Part shown: piece after piece, positions 50,737 to 63,929 of the stretch
Layout of the letters: every line of letters starts with the position of its first letter
Position numbering within the stretch: position 1 is the first letter of the stretch
Assembly (NCBI GenBank): GCA_051362555.1
Contig: CM120642.1
Span: 372,001 to 436,000, forward strand
Direction: 5' to 3'
Length of the DNA: 64,000 nt
Origin: Lingula anatina
Lineage: Eukaryota > Animalia > Brachiopoda
Notes under the pieces: generated by a model
The model's database searches: none
Told to the model about the DNA's origin: nothing
The model's input: only the letters and a program-made list of their open reading frames with translations
Position numbers and translations under genes: made by a program

Positions 50737-51636
50737 CGGCGCAATCCGCTGAATACAGAGAGAACTGCTGGGTGACACAGACACTGATATGTAAATATAA
50801 ATATATATGACGACAGGTGGCGCATTCCTTAAAATGACATTTAATCACGTCCGCTCATTTACGGTGTGTTGATATCTAACTTATTGATCGTATTACACCG
50901 TACGACCCTCAATGGACGCCGTAATTGGATTATTTGAAAAACGACAATGGGCTCTTTGGGTGTTAAACAATCGTCTCTGGACTTATGTCCATTGGCGGCG
51001 TCTGGGGCACAAAAAGGGAAAACTTATTTCCTCAAAGCTACTGAAATGAGCGACAGGATTTCAAAGTACTTTTTTTCATTTATTTTTGAGGTATTTTATA
51101 TTTTCATAATTTACACAATACATAATAAAAAATAGATGACGAGGGGCTGTGAACATCTTGTAAAATTGCATTAATATTTTTGAGAAATAATCTTGTTCCA
51201 TGATCAAAGCACTGGACTTATTAATATATTAGTTAAAAAGGAAAATTAAACACGGAAAAGGTTTTTGGAAATTCAATAACCCCCGCTTATATGAAAGTGA
51301 GTATGCCGATATGGTAAAGCAGATAATTGATGAAACTATCTTAGAGTATGCAACAGCGCCCTATAATGGAGATAATATACTGAATATTGACAGGCATTAT
51401 CTACATGCAGTCTCTAAGTATCAGTTTATTAATATGTCTGTCTATATGAAAGCCTCGCTGCCTTTTAATATGTCTGCGTGTCTTGTTGCATAAATTTCGC
51501 CAATGTATTATGTTATATAGCATAGTGTATCGGCAATTGGGTTATCAGTAACAAAGTGTTACAAAATACGGTTTAATAATTCATCTGTTGAATTGACACG
51601 GTCTTTGTATTGATTTTTCAAAAGCAAGTACATGTA

Positions 51637-51856
51637 CAAAAATGCCCATTAGCTTGGTAGTTGAATCATAAATGATAATTATCAAACAAAAGCCCAAATA
51701 TTTTCATACCGTCAGGGTCCTGGCTACTTTACCTCCTAGCGGTCAGTGAGTGTCAACACCTTCTCACATCAGTCTGATGAAAGCCTTAGTCCAGGTTGGC
51801 CGTAAGCTAACGGTATGAAAGTATTTCGGCTTGTGTTTGGTAATTTTCATTTATGA
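51637..51856 (+). mobile_element. Short Penelope-like cassette: inverted arms around a degenerate hammerhead-like core
   Basis: 47-bp inverted repeat 51666-51712 / 51810-51856; CTGATGA at 51774; flanking direct repeat CAAGTACATGTA (51625-51636, 51857-51868). Confidence 0.5.
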
Positions 51857-53532
51857 CAAGTACATGTAGTTGCAGTTATCTCCAGGGCTTATTAGTCCGT
51901 GTGAAAGTATATTTTACGCATTAAATTATACAAAAAAAATCCCACTGTATTTCACAATGTATTTCACACTGCCCAGCCTTACGAATGGAACAGTTACCCA
52001 AGTTAAATATGTTAACAGACAGAATGACAATACACAGGAGCTTGCCACCAGGAAACATGCCGTACTCTTAATGGGAGTGATATTTACGGCAATGTTTGGA
52101 TAAGAAACGTGTTATGCATCAGTTATATTACTTTTTACTGGGTCTAACCTAGGATCCATTACAGATCGAAATAGTTTTAAATGCAAACTCATCTTCATAT
52201 ATAACGATTATAAGAGAAAGGAAACGGTCAAACAGTCAACAGCTCACGGTCTACTGCACCCGTCGTGGTTACAAATGGATTACATTGGATTTATTTGTAG
52301 GCCCCCTAGTTACAATCTAAATATCTTTCATCACAAACTCAGCAGACCTTGTAATAGACAAATATACTGTAATGTTCAGGAACCAGCTTGTTGTCACAAA
52401 ATTGGATGAGAGAGTAATATTTGATATGGTGACACTGTATTGTCCGGAAGCGCGCAAATTTTGCGATGAATAAAAATTACAAACAGGCTCGAAATGCGGA
52501 CACCGTTGTTTACTTTTAGGTTGGATAACGAGTCAATTCTACTTTCCAGATGCGTGGTCAAAATATTTACGTGTAATGAGAAAATCCAACGCTAAGGACA
52601 ATAACCAGATTCTATCATTTAATGTTCACTCGTTGCTTGCTCAGGTACATTCTGTTGGGGAACTCCCACTCTTTAATATCAAACCAGAATTCTTGACCTC
52701 AACTTCTTAATCAGATTAATTAACAAGCCTACATTATCTCTTTAGAATTGACACAACGTATTATAAGAATTTACGGACATAACGTGACGTAACGTGAAAT
52801 TACCGAAATTGCTGATGAATTTTTAAATGTTCCCGACATTTTTACGTATGTATACCCCACCCTTAAGCGCAGAAAAGAGATAATAAATTCAAGAAGGTCC
52901 ATCTCCTGAGCCAAAACCATTTCGTCCGGCTGTACACTCAGAATAATATGTGCACGGAATAAGTAGGCCTACATATCTTAGTGCCTATAAATAATTCCCA
53001 GTACTGAGTTACTGGGTGCCCCGATTTCAGTGTGCATCGGAAGACTTACTAATTAAACGACCACTTAGATCGAGGCAGAAGTACATGTAAGCTCAGCACC
53101 TGTTCCATATTCTGTGGGTACATTTGGGAGGAATACAGTAAAGATATGTGATTACTCCGTCTACATATAATTTTGAATGGACACCTTATCTTTACCAAAA
53201 AAAGCACGTTAAGATTAACAAGCTTTGTACTTAACGTACTTGTGGCTGTGGAGTTCCACAACCTTGGAATCTGACGTTTTTCATGTTCAGTTTTGAGTGT
53301 GCTTTTCATCATTTAAAAAAATGCTGTCAGTAGAAGTTCCCCGTTCATCAAACGAAGAAAACTTAGTGACACAAACTATTTGCGAAACTTGAGTCAAGTA
53401 CAGGCAGAGATCAATAAAGACACAAACTATACTGAAGTTAAAAGTTTAAAACGGAATCTTGTATGATGTGCAAGGCAATTTTAATCAAATGTGATTTGCA
53501 GTTTTAATTCGAAGCGTGCTTCTAAGACACTG

Positions 53533-54017
53533 GGTAACTTTGACAACCAAACACAGAATCAGAGGGGACTGTTGAAGAGCGATCCTGTAACCTTGATAAC
53601 CAAACATAGAGTCAGAGGGGACTGTTGATGAGGGAACCTGTAACCTTGACAACCAAACACAGTCCGAGGGGACTGTTGATGAGGGAGCCAGTAACCTTGA
53701 CAAACAAACATAGAGTCAGAGGGGACTGTTGATGAGGGAACCTGTAACCTTGCCAACCAAACACAGTCACAGGGGGCTGTTGGTGAGGGAGCCTGTAACC
53801 TTGCCAACCAAACACAGTCAGAGGGGACTGTTGGTGAGGGAGCCTGTAACCTTGCCAACCAAACACAGTCAGAGGGGGCTGTTGGTGAGGGAGCCAGTAA
53901 CCTTGACAACCAAACACAGTCAGAGGGGACTGTTGGTGAGGGAGCCTGTAACCTTGACAACCAAACACAGTCAGAGGGGGCTGTTGGTGAGGAAGCCTGT
54001 AACCTTGACAACCAAAC
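53533..54017. repeat. 51-53-bp minisatellite, ~9 units, downstream of SLC22 copy 1
   Basis: Unit gtaaccttgacaaccaaacacagtcagaggggactgttggtgagggagcct; ~2.3 units at the paralogous site 60776-60898. Confidence 0.95.
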
Positions 54018-54555
54018 GGGCTCTTAAGACAATTATCAGTCATAAGGAAGGCAGCACAGATCAAAACTTTATTAGTGTAAACAATAACTACTTTGCCAAA
54101 CCCCTCAAACCACTTATTTTCCCTTTTTTTTTAAAGTGTTATTGATTTTTGGAGTAAAATTCACACAAGTCCGGAGCAACTCCTAGAGGAATCCTCTCCT
54201 AACTGCTATGGTAAAATTCAATATTCAAATTATTAATAGAACTATATTCTTTGAAAAATGTTGCAAAAAAAACATCATAAATAACACTGAATAATTCCTC
54301 TTTGGAAAAAAATTAAACTACAAGTGTAATCTTCTACGCTAAGTTTTTCTGGATCACATGAGTATTCAAAAAGAACATCAAATTTTACAACGTAAAAAAT
54401 TTGCGAATGATGAAAAATTTAATATCTTCTGAAAGTCAAATTAACTTGAAAGGTTTCAAAGCCTTCCAGTTGCATTTACTATAAAATCCTCAAAGTTCAG
54501 TAGAAAAAGTAGAAAAATCTACCGATAAATGGTGAGCTAATATTAAGAAACAAAA

Positions 54556-54556
<1 letters not shown>

Positions 54557-54602
<46 letters not shown>

Positions 54603-54620
54603 CACTGTAGTAGTAGTAGT
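54557..54620. repeat. (TAG)n microsatellite
   Basis: Read directly; shorter at the paralogous site ~61384. Confidence 0.9.
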
Positions 54621-54795
54621 AATGATGATGATTTATGATAAATGCACGCATGTATTTGTGTCGGGACTTTCAAAACTGTCAGCAAAAGTCCCTGGATCCC
54701 CTGCTGATTGTAGATAATTGGCAATAAATATGTACATGTAGTTTTCCACCTCAAGAAACAGACGACACAAGACTGCAGACGTCCAGTTCACGTCG

Positions 54796-54826
<31 letters not shown>

Positions 54827-54863
54827 GTATGAGCATATTTTTGCTGTGAAATTAAGTTTGACG

Positions 54864-57800
54864 TTAGATGTCAGAGGTGTTGCCGTGCGCGAGGCAGGAG
54901 TCTTTAGCATCGCTCCACTCATTGTCTGCCGTCTTAATATTTTCCCTTATATTTCTCGTCTTCCTTCTTGTCTCTTTCAGTTTTGTTCCCTTGCAGACTC
55001 TGTAAATATAAATGATAACATGATTACAAACATTTAAATTCATTTAGAATTGTCTTTATCAGTTTTTTTACTGTTATCGCGGCATTTGTCTTTAATTTAT
55101 CAGTCATTACCAGTCTTATTTTTAAATCTTTATGTGTGTTGATGATTCTATAGACATTTTTTTCTTCCTTCTTAAATTTATTTGCATGTCTATGTATTAG
55201 CATACTCATTTTAAATGTGACTGTATTCATTCCTTTTTTCCTGTTTTTTATATATATAATGTTTTTTTTTTTCTTTTGTACTCTTACGAAAAGCAAATAC
55301 TGCTATATGCAATTTTTTTCTCTTTTTTTTCCTCCTTTTTTCTCTTGAATAAACCTTGTTTTTTAAAGACCGCGGTATTATTAACACATTTAATGATTCC
55401 GATTTTAATTAGTGTTTCAATGAAAAAAAACGGACATCCGTATTAAGCTTAACAACCTGGGAGACGCCAACAAGTTGTCGAATTCCTCTAGATTCTGTGG
55501 GAGATCTCTACACATGGTCTCCGGTAACAGAAGCGACAGCAGTCCTGCGAGGATCGATTCAACCCCAAGGATGATAAAAGGCAGTGCAGCAATTGTTTCT
55601 TTAAGTAAAAATACTTGAGGTGTCACGGCGCTGCCCACTCGGGCGAAGGTAGATGACATTCCCATAGCTATGGTTCTGGAAAATTCAAGTACCTGCTATG
55701 TGTTTGACAAAAATTAAACAAACTAAAGATAAATCTTTACTGAAGATCGCACTAGAAAATTCGTCGCTGTAACTCTGAACACTAGCTACCATTCAAAGAA
55801 AGGGACATGTGGATATGCTGGTTAAGGTCGCCTTACCTTATTACCGTCGGATAAACCTCGGCCGTCACCACGTAGATGATGGTAAAAGACGCGGAAATGC
55901 CCATCTTACCCAGGACTGCTAGCGTTAATATTAACCAATGTAAATCTGAAGAATTAATATAATACAATAAACCCTCTGAATGAAAATGAGTGCGATTGCT
56001 TCTTTAAGAGCATTGTCTCTTAAAACCACTCATATGTTCACATGTAAGCCGGCTCACTATAAATTAGCCGAGAACACGTTTAAAATAAAAATGGACAGAT
56101 ACCCCTATGCCCTTTCGACTAATTTGACACAGAGGTAAGCGGCCGATATATGAGCCTAAATCTTCAAAGGAAAACTACGTGACACGTACATGTGGTCTAC
56201 CGCCATCTTAAGAAATCTTTCAAACTCTGGTAACGAGACTATAGATGGGATATCTCACCAAGTTCATACCAAGGAGGGATATACAGACCATCTATTCTCT
56301 ACCAGGGTGGCAGATATTATAGAAAAATTTTCTAAAACCAGAGAACCACCTATTTATTTAAAGACATATATGTGAATATCTTGCGAAAAATCAATCTGTC
56401 GCCCTTGAAGAGGATACATCTTGGATCCAAAATAAGTAAGATATTTTGGATGCTAAAACAAATGTTACTCTGGTTTTTCTGAAGACGGATAAAATCTGAC
56501 ATACTATGAGCTATTTAAAAAATTAAAAGAGATAACTTTAAAAACCTGCAGGTAGAGAGCCGGAAACTATGCAAGCCACTCCCCCGAGAACCATGGACGC
56601 TGCCAGCGTTCTCCTCCTTCCGATCTTATCTAGGAGGACCAGAGCCAGGGTATAACCTGGGTACTCAATGGCCCCCATCAACAGGAAGTTCAGGTACAGA
56701 TTACCGCCCAAACTTTCCAGGTTCAGCGTCAAGCCGTAGTACACCATGCTGTTGACCATCCTGGAAAGTAAACAGCAGCTGAGACAGAAATAAACTCGGT
56801 TTGAAAACTAAAAAAAGAGATAAAGAATTAGATTGGCTTGCTTTTACGACTTGAAGAGACGCCACACTGCTCCGCGGATGATTTAAATTAAATGTCATCT
56901 CACCAGTTAAAACACACGTTAACTGTCAACGCCGCCCGCCTCCATGTTCGCAACAAGTCTACAGGGGTGTGAGTCCGGGGAGACAGGACCGCCTCATCCT
57001 CATCCTCTAGAACGGACTGAATAGTCTCAGCATCAGGCTCAGATTTGATATTTGTCCTAGAAATTGCCCGGATCAAGTCGACTGCTTCTTCGGTGCGATT
57101 TCTGGACAGCAGCCAACGGAAAGACTCGGGAAGCACGCTGAAATTAAGAGCGATGAAACTGCAGTTTTCTATGGTTTGAAATGAAAGGAAAGTTAAATTA
57201 GTATACGCTATAAATTCAACCCCATCTGTCCTGGTTTTGAGGTGAAACAGGATTCGTAGACATTCTTTCATGATTTGTGCCGCAAAATATTAACATCGGG
57301 TTATCTTGGGATAAAACTCGACTTCTATATGACTTGTACAATGTAAGATATAGACATCATGATATCTTGGGGGAAAAACACTCGACTTTTATAGGACTTG
57401 AGCATCTACTATCTCCGAGGGCAAAACCTTAGTCAGTTTGACTAAGCTTTCTTATTCAACAACTGTGGCTAGGCCTGTTACTCCCTTCACATAAATACTT
57501 TTTAATTGAAGTGAAAACGCGATCGACATAAATTTAGCCAAGAGAACGACTGCTACATTTAAAAGAACGAAAATACATAAAGATAAAGATCAGCTGCTTC
57601 TGATGCTAATTATTGATAGAGCAGTTTAAGAGTAGTATCACGCAAGCACCGTGCAACGCTAAGTGCTATCCAAGCCTATTAAACATTTTATATGCATTTT
57701 AGACTATAAATAAATATTATTATTATTATTATTATTTTATTTCTATATTATTATCGTTAAATTAATATTCTGATCTTACTTACAAATAATAGAGCCCAAA

Positions 57801-59367
57801 CAGGTACCCGGGCACTAACAGCGCCAGATTCAGGTGGCGCCAGTCTCTTATGAAGTAGGCAAACAGCACGATGTAGAAGTAGCCAAAGCTAAAGAAATAC
57901 ATTATACCAAAACCGGCTAGTTTACGCTTACTTGGGCCCACAAATTCAATTCCTGCAAGATAAAAAATTTTCTGGGAGCATAGGGTAAATACTAGAGACT
58001 TAATAAATTACAGGAAAAAAGATGTCTGAATGCGTCACTAGCTGTCAAAACATGGGGTTAATCTCTCTCTCTCTCGCTTTCATTCAGTTTTCAGTATACC
58101 TAGAGTGTATATAGAGAGGAGCACACATCCGCTGACGAACCCCTGCAGACCTAGAGACGCTATATACACCGTCATGGAGGGAGACAAAGCGGTAACTACA
58201 CCCACTGATACCGAAAACATCACGGCCACCAAGAACGTAGGTCGTCTGCCGAACCTGAAACAGCCATGACTTCTGGAATATGTGGTTCTTGAAAACAAAT
58301 GAATATTTAAAAATAAACATGTCAGGAATACTTCCCACCTGTAACTTGTAATTTTGGTTGAAATAATCACAAACTCTAGAATTGCGTTTATAGATAATCA
58401 TTATTTTCCACTGAACGGTGCATCTTTATCACCAAGGTTTTCGAGTCATGTTTGGCGTTTTCAGAACAGTGCTGCCATGGCATACATGTATATACCCACC
58501 ATCAGTAAAATAACAAACAAGGAGAACATTAAAACCATATAATTATACCCAAAAAAACAAAATAGAGACTTTAAGTGTACATTATTAATTAACTTGGTTC
58601 AGAGCACGCTCACCTATCACTTACAGTCCCAGTAAAAGCGTCTCCCACCATCTTCCCAACAAAGAACGCAGACTGGCTGGCACCAACCATCCACTCTCTT
58701 CCACAGCTCAAGTCAAACTGAAGATAACGCAGGGAATCGATCTTATATAAGATTAAATGAAGTTGGTATATAAGAAAGCTCTTGTTTTAGATATGCACAG
58801 TTTGTGAATGTTAGGACGATCTAAAGATAAACCAAAAAGAAAACTAGCCGCTGTGATCACTATACACTGCTTGCCTGATAGTATACCAACTTGCACACGT
58901 ACACATCATGGTGATAACTGAATTAAAAGATACATTTCCACGCCTACCTCTGACACCACTGTTGATGTATAAATATCCTGGCTATATTCCAGTCCGAGAG
59001 GACACGCTATGCTTTCTGTCTCGTTAACACTTGGAATAGAGTACGTCTCATTATAGGGGGTGAGAGTTTGGTTAGGCCTTGTCCATGGATAAAGCTTACA
59101 ACTGCTTCGAGTCAGTTGACCGCCGTTTTCTTCCCAAGGGATGGACAGGTTCAGCAGCTCCTCGCGGGAAAGGTTGCCGTAGATCCTCTCCGCGCGTGCC
59201 ACGTAATCTGCGGGTAGTTTACAGTGGTGTTTGGGCGTTGCCGCCAGGAACACAGTGGCCAGTAGTGGTAATATTGCATATAACCCAACAAGACATACCA
59301 GAAAATACTGTCGTCTCTGGTAAGTACCAAACTCTCCGATAACCTGCAGAAGCCCGTCCAAATGCAT
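54864..59367 (-). CDS. SLC22A: SLC22 family organic cation transporter (MFS), complete, 9 exons, ~586 aa
   Basis: Exons 59367-58948, 58717-58614, 58254-58100, 57952-57784, 57137-56904, 56760-56546, 55945-55837, 55675-55457, 54999-54864 (1761 nt, open frame). Motifs LQVIGEFGTYQRR, HHC, STVVSEFDL.C, DRFGRR, PESFRWL, DKIGRR, AEVYPTVIR, LPET; 104/155/169/215/109-nt exons as in SLC22 genes. Family-level call only. Confidence 0.93.
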
Positions 59368-60169
59368 TGTTTAAGAGTCAAAAGTGGATATCTGTTTTTC
59401 TACTTGATTCTTTAGTTAGGAAGTTTATGCACGTATAGGCCCCTATGTAGCCTATATATTTTATGTAGAGACATTACGTCACCTCACGCAATGATAATGT
59501 CACATTATATAAATGACCTGACTGCGCACCATACTTATCGTACCCATTGTCAATTCTTGTGCATTTCACAAAAATCTATATAGCAGTTTTTTTTTTCTTT
59601 TTGATTTGTTTAAATATTACAGTGTTTTGAACCGAAGACGAACTTTGGTTCATTTTAATGGGGATGGAAACATGTGCGTACAGCTTTGTTGTTAAATAAA
59701 AAAGTTTAGGCTTAGTTTAGTTTAGTTTCAATTAGGCTGCTTGGGACCCATACCTTATATGAATAGTAAGTACGTGCAAAGACTGCTTTATCGTATGAAT
59801 GTTTGCTGGTCACACAGGACCTGCAACAATTGTGATCATGGGAGTGTGTCAAAATTTATTTTCCATGCGGTCGTAAACTTGGAGTTAAGGCACTGTCACA
59901 CCTATAGCCTGAAAATTCTGCCCTTACACAGACCTTACGTAATATACGTCTAGAACCGGAAGGAGATTAAGTGTTTTGAGCATGTTTAAAATAGTTCAAT
60001 GAACTGCTTTTATCTTCATTCTAATGCGCTGAAAACAGGGTGGTTTCATGCGAGTAAGTTGTGCGTTTAATCGACGACAGTGGCGGATTTGGGGGCAGGA
60101 GTGTCTTGTGTCTTTGGAGTTCAACTACCTTGGAATCTGACGTTTTTTCGTGTTTAGTTTTGTGTGTGT

Positions 60170-60682
60170 TTTGAAGCCGCCCGGAATGATTCGTGCACTT
60201 TTCAGGTGTATTAGCTCTCAAATGCAGCTCGAATGTAGTTGGAAAACTAGGAATATCGATAATGCTGTCAGAATGTAGTCAAAATATTTAGAAGCCATCG
60301 AAATGCATTCGAGTTGCATTCCGGCTCATTTGAGGCACATGCAGACTATTCTAGCAGGGTTTGAAGTGTCTTGCCATTTTGGTTCTCCCTCGAACGCGAT
60401 CAGAATGTTTCGAAAGCCGTTGGAATGCCGTAAGAATATTAAGAATGCACTCATAGTTCAGTTAGAATACACTTAGAATGCAATTTGATATTTCTCCACC
60501 TGGAATGCACTTGGAAAATTTTGAGCACGAGCAAAACATGACGACCGGACACAATAATGGGCCCATATATCTGGAATGCACTCAAGAAATTTAGAACGCG
60601 ATTCGAATATCCAGGAATATACAAAGAATTCTCATTCCGACTACATTCCAGCTTATTCCGCCTCTAGTGTGACAAGGGTATT
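60170..60682. mobile_element. Harbinger-like MITE (GAAT-rich), left end unclear
   Basis: Right terminus ctagtgtgacaagggta followed by ttaa; repeated gaatg/cattc motifs; not present at the paralogous position near 53300. Confidence 0.55.
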
Positions 60683-61609
60683 AAGTCAAAATCGGAATCT
60701 TCAATGACGTGGAAGGCAATTTGTTATCAAATATGGTTTGCAGTTTTAATTCAGAGGGTGCGTCTAAGAAATGGGGTATCCTTGACAACCAAACACAGAG
60801 TCATAGGGGACTGTTGATGAGGGAGCCTGTAACCTTGACAACTAAACACAATCAGAGGGAACTGATGATGAGGGAGCCAGTAACCTTGACAACCAAATTC
60901 GGTCTTGAGACAATTATCAGTCATAAGGAAGGCAGCACAGATCAAAACTTTATTAGTGTAAACAGTAACTACTTTGCCAAACCCCTCAAACCACGTATTT
61001 CCCTTTTTTAACAATATGTTATTGATTTTGGGATGAAATTCATGAAAATCCGGAACAACTTTTACTAAATCTATATTCTGTGAAAGGTTTTGCATAAATA
61101 GTATCATAAATAACATTGTAAAATTCCTCTTTGTAAAAAATAAACTACAAGTTTAATCCTCTAAGTTCTGTTTTTTCTGGATTACGTGAGTATTTAAAAA
61201 GGACACCCAATACAAATGACGTTAAAATTGCATTTGCGAATGAAGAAAAATTACATATCTTTAGAAAGTAAAGCTACTTGCAAGGTCTCAAAAACTTTAG
61301 AATATATTTACAATAAAATCCCCCGAGTTCAGAAGAAAAAGTAGAAAATCTATTGATAAATGGTAAGCTAATATTAATAAACATAGTAGTAGTAGTAATG
61401 ATGATGATGAATAATGATTAATGCATGCATATATTTGTGTCAGGATTTTCAAAACTGTTTGAAAAAGTCCCTGGATACGACGCTGATTGTAGATATGTTG
61501 ATTTTCACCTCAAGAAACAGATGACACAAGACTGCAGACGTCCAGTTCACGACGTCTTTTTATTTTTACTGTATAATCATATATTTTTGCTGTGAATTCA
61601 ATATTTCCG

Positions 61610-63356
61610 CTAGATGTCAGTGGTGTTGCCGTGCGCGAGGCAGAAGTCTTTAGCATCGCTCCACTCGTTGTCTGCCGTCTTAATATTTTCCTTTATATTT
61701 CTCGTCTTCCTTCTTGACTCTTTCAGTTTTGTTCCCTTGCAGACTCTGTAAGTAAAAATGATAATATGATTAAAACATTTAAGTATCATTTGAAAAAAAA
61801 GGTCTTTATCAGGTTTTTGTATAGTTATCGCGGCCTTTATCTTTAATTTATCAGTCATTACTAGTCTTATTTTTTTTTAAATTTTATGTGTGTAAATGAT
61901 TCTATGGACATTTCATTGTTCCTTTTTTTTAATTTATTTGCATGTCTATGTATTAGCATATTCATTACCTCCGCCAAGGAGGTTATGTTTTTACCCCATG
62001 TTTGTTTGTTTGTTTGTTTGTCATCAACATAACTCAAAAAGTTATGGATGAACTTCGAATGGGTTAACTTAGAAGTGATTAGTTTTTGGTGGTGATCCAG
62101 ATCAATAATCAATATTCAAAAACCAAAAACCATGAAATTTTCAGGAACTGTCAGAAGTGGGCCAAGGAAAAGATGATTAATATTTGGTGGTGATCCGGAT
62201 CTATAATCAATCTATAATCAATAATCAAAAAAAAAAAAAAAAAAAAAAACTAAATCATTATAGAATGAAAATTTATTGGTGAAACGGCATTGGGTGGAGA
62301 CTTTGCTGCCTTGGCGGAGGTCTACGCTCTCGGAGTGCTTTTCTAGTTTTAAATGTAACTGTATTCATTCTTATCATCCCTTTTTGAATATACTGACTTA
62401 TATATAATGTGTATTTTTCTTTTGCACTCTTAAGGAAAGCATATACTGTTATCTGCAATGTACCTTTTTTTCTCTTGAATAAACCTTTTTTTAACGCAGT
62501 ATTATTAACACATTTATTGATTCCAATCTTTATTACTGTTTTCAACCAAAAATAAAATAAAAAAAAAATTAAAAAAAAAAAAAAAACGGACATCCGTGTT
62601 AAGTTTAACAACCTGTGAGACGCCAACATGTTGTCAAATTCCTCTATATTCTGTGGGAGATCTCTACACATGGTCTCCGGTAACAGCAGCGACAGCAGTC
62701 CTGCGAGGATCGATTCAACTCCAAGGATGATAAAAGGCAGTGCAGCAATTGTTTCTTTAAGTAAAAATACTTGAGGTGTCACGGCGCTGCCGACTCGGGC
62801 GAAGGTAGATGACATTCCCACAGCTATGGTTCTGGAAAATTCAAGTACCTGCTATGTGCTTGACAAAAATTAAACAAACTAAAGATAAAACCTTACTGAA
62901 GATCGTACTGGAAAATTCGTCGCAGTAACTTAGCTGTAGCTACCACTCGAAGCACGAGACATTGGATATATTGGACTCGGTTCCCATACCTAGATTTCTA
63001 ACAGGATCGATCCATCTCCACGATGTTTCTCGCTAAATTGCTTTCGGCTTAAGCGGTTCAGATGTCTGTCACGCCTACTGAAGCTGCTAAACGATAATTT
63101 ATTACACCCTAACAGCTTCAGCAGGCGTGACAGTCATCTCAGCCGCTTACGTTGACTGCAATTCACCAATAATCCACTTTGAGATAGATCGATCCACAGT
63201 TAGTATGATAGGGTCTGGGAATGGTTCCTTAGTTGAGGACGCCTTACCTTATTACCGTCGGATAAACCTCGGCCGTCACCACGTAGATGATGGTAAAAGA
63301 CGCGGAAATGCCCATCTTACCGAGGACTGCTAAGGTTAGTATTAACCAGTGTAAAT
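61610..63356 (-). CDS. SLC22A: SLC22 organic cation transporter, tandem paralogue; last three exons (5' part beyond window)
   Basis: Exons 63356-63248 (109 nt), 62831-62613 (219 nt) and 61745-61610 (136 nt) match exons 7-9 of the first copy in size and are nearly identical in sequence. Confidence 0.9.
61965..62346 (+). mobile_element. Non-autonomous Helentron-type (HINE) insertion in an SLC22 copy 2 intron
   Basis: Subterminal IR acctccgccaagg / ccttggcggaggt, (TTTG)n, 3' hairpin, ctag end; inserted in a T-run that is empty in copy 1 (~55205-55215). Confidence 0.75.
62976..63228. mobile_element. MITE in an SLC22 copy 2 intron
   Basis: Termini ttcccatacc / ggtctgggaa; absent from the matching intron of copy 1 (~55815-55822). 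Confidence 0.75.
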
Positions 63357-63369
63357 CTGAAGTAATACA

Positions 63370-63542
63370 ATATAATATAATATAATATAATATAATATAA
63401 TATAATATAATATAATATAATATCCATCTTACCCAGGACTGTTAGCGTCAGTATTAACCAGTGTAAATCTGAGGTAATATGATATAGAATAGAATAGAAT
63501 AGAATAGAATAGAATAGAATAGAATAGAATAGAATAGAATAG
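63370..63542. repeat. (TAATA)n and (AGAAT)n pentanucleotide microsatellites flanking a partial exon duplicate
   Basis: Read directly at ~63370-63422 and ~63485-63542. Confidence 0.9.
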
Positions 63543-63714
63543 ACCCAATGAATGAGAATGAGTGCGATTGCTCCTTTAAGAGCGCTGTGTTTCCTAAAAC
63601 CACTCATATTTAACATGTAAACGGTGGCTCACTATAAATTAGCCGAGAACACAATACCCCTATGCCCTTTCTACTAATTTGACACGGAGGTAAGCGGCCG
63701 ATATATGAGCCTAA

Positions 63715-63929
63715 GGGCGCATTCCCATAGATTTTAGATCGATCTATCCCCGTGGGGAGTCTCACTAGATTACTGTCAGATAATCCGGCTTAATTGTCCG
63801 TCCCGCCTACTACAAGCTGTAAGGGGGTAATTAACTTTCGTTCCCGCTCGGCTGACAACTATTCAACGTGAACCCCCCAGGGAGTTAGGTCGATCTAGTT
63901 GGATCGATCTAATCTCTGGGAATGGGGTC
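63715..63929. mobile_element. Harbinger-type MITE with TAA target-site duplication
   Basis: TAA at 63712-63714 and 63930-63932; copy 1 has the empty site tgagccTAAatcttcaaagg (~56151-56170); same family as 11523-11735. Confidence 0.9.

Noticed and set aside
50267-50848. Long repetitive ORFs, or a CRISPR-like array, over the 54-bp repeat
   Set aside because: Units are head-to-tail with no unique spacers and no cas genes; the ORFs arise only because the unit is 3n and stop-free in several frames.
53485-54145. Repetitive 138-150-aa ORFs on both strands
   Set aside because: Translations of a 51-bp minisatellite downstream of the SLC22 stop; the paralogous site has only ~2 units.
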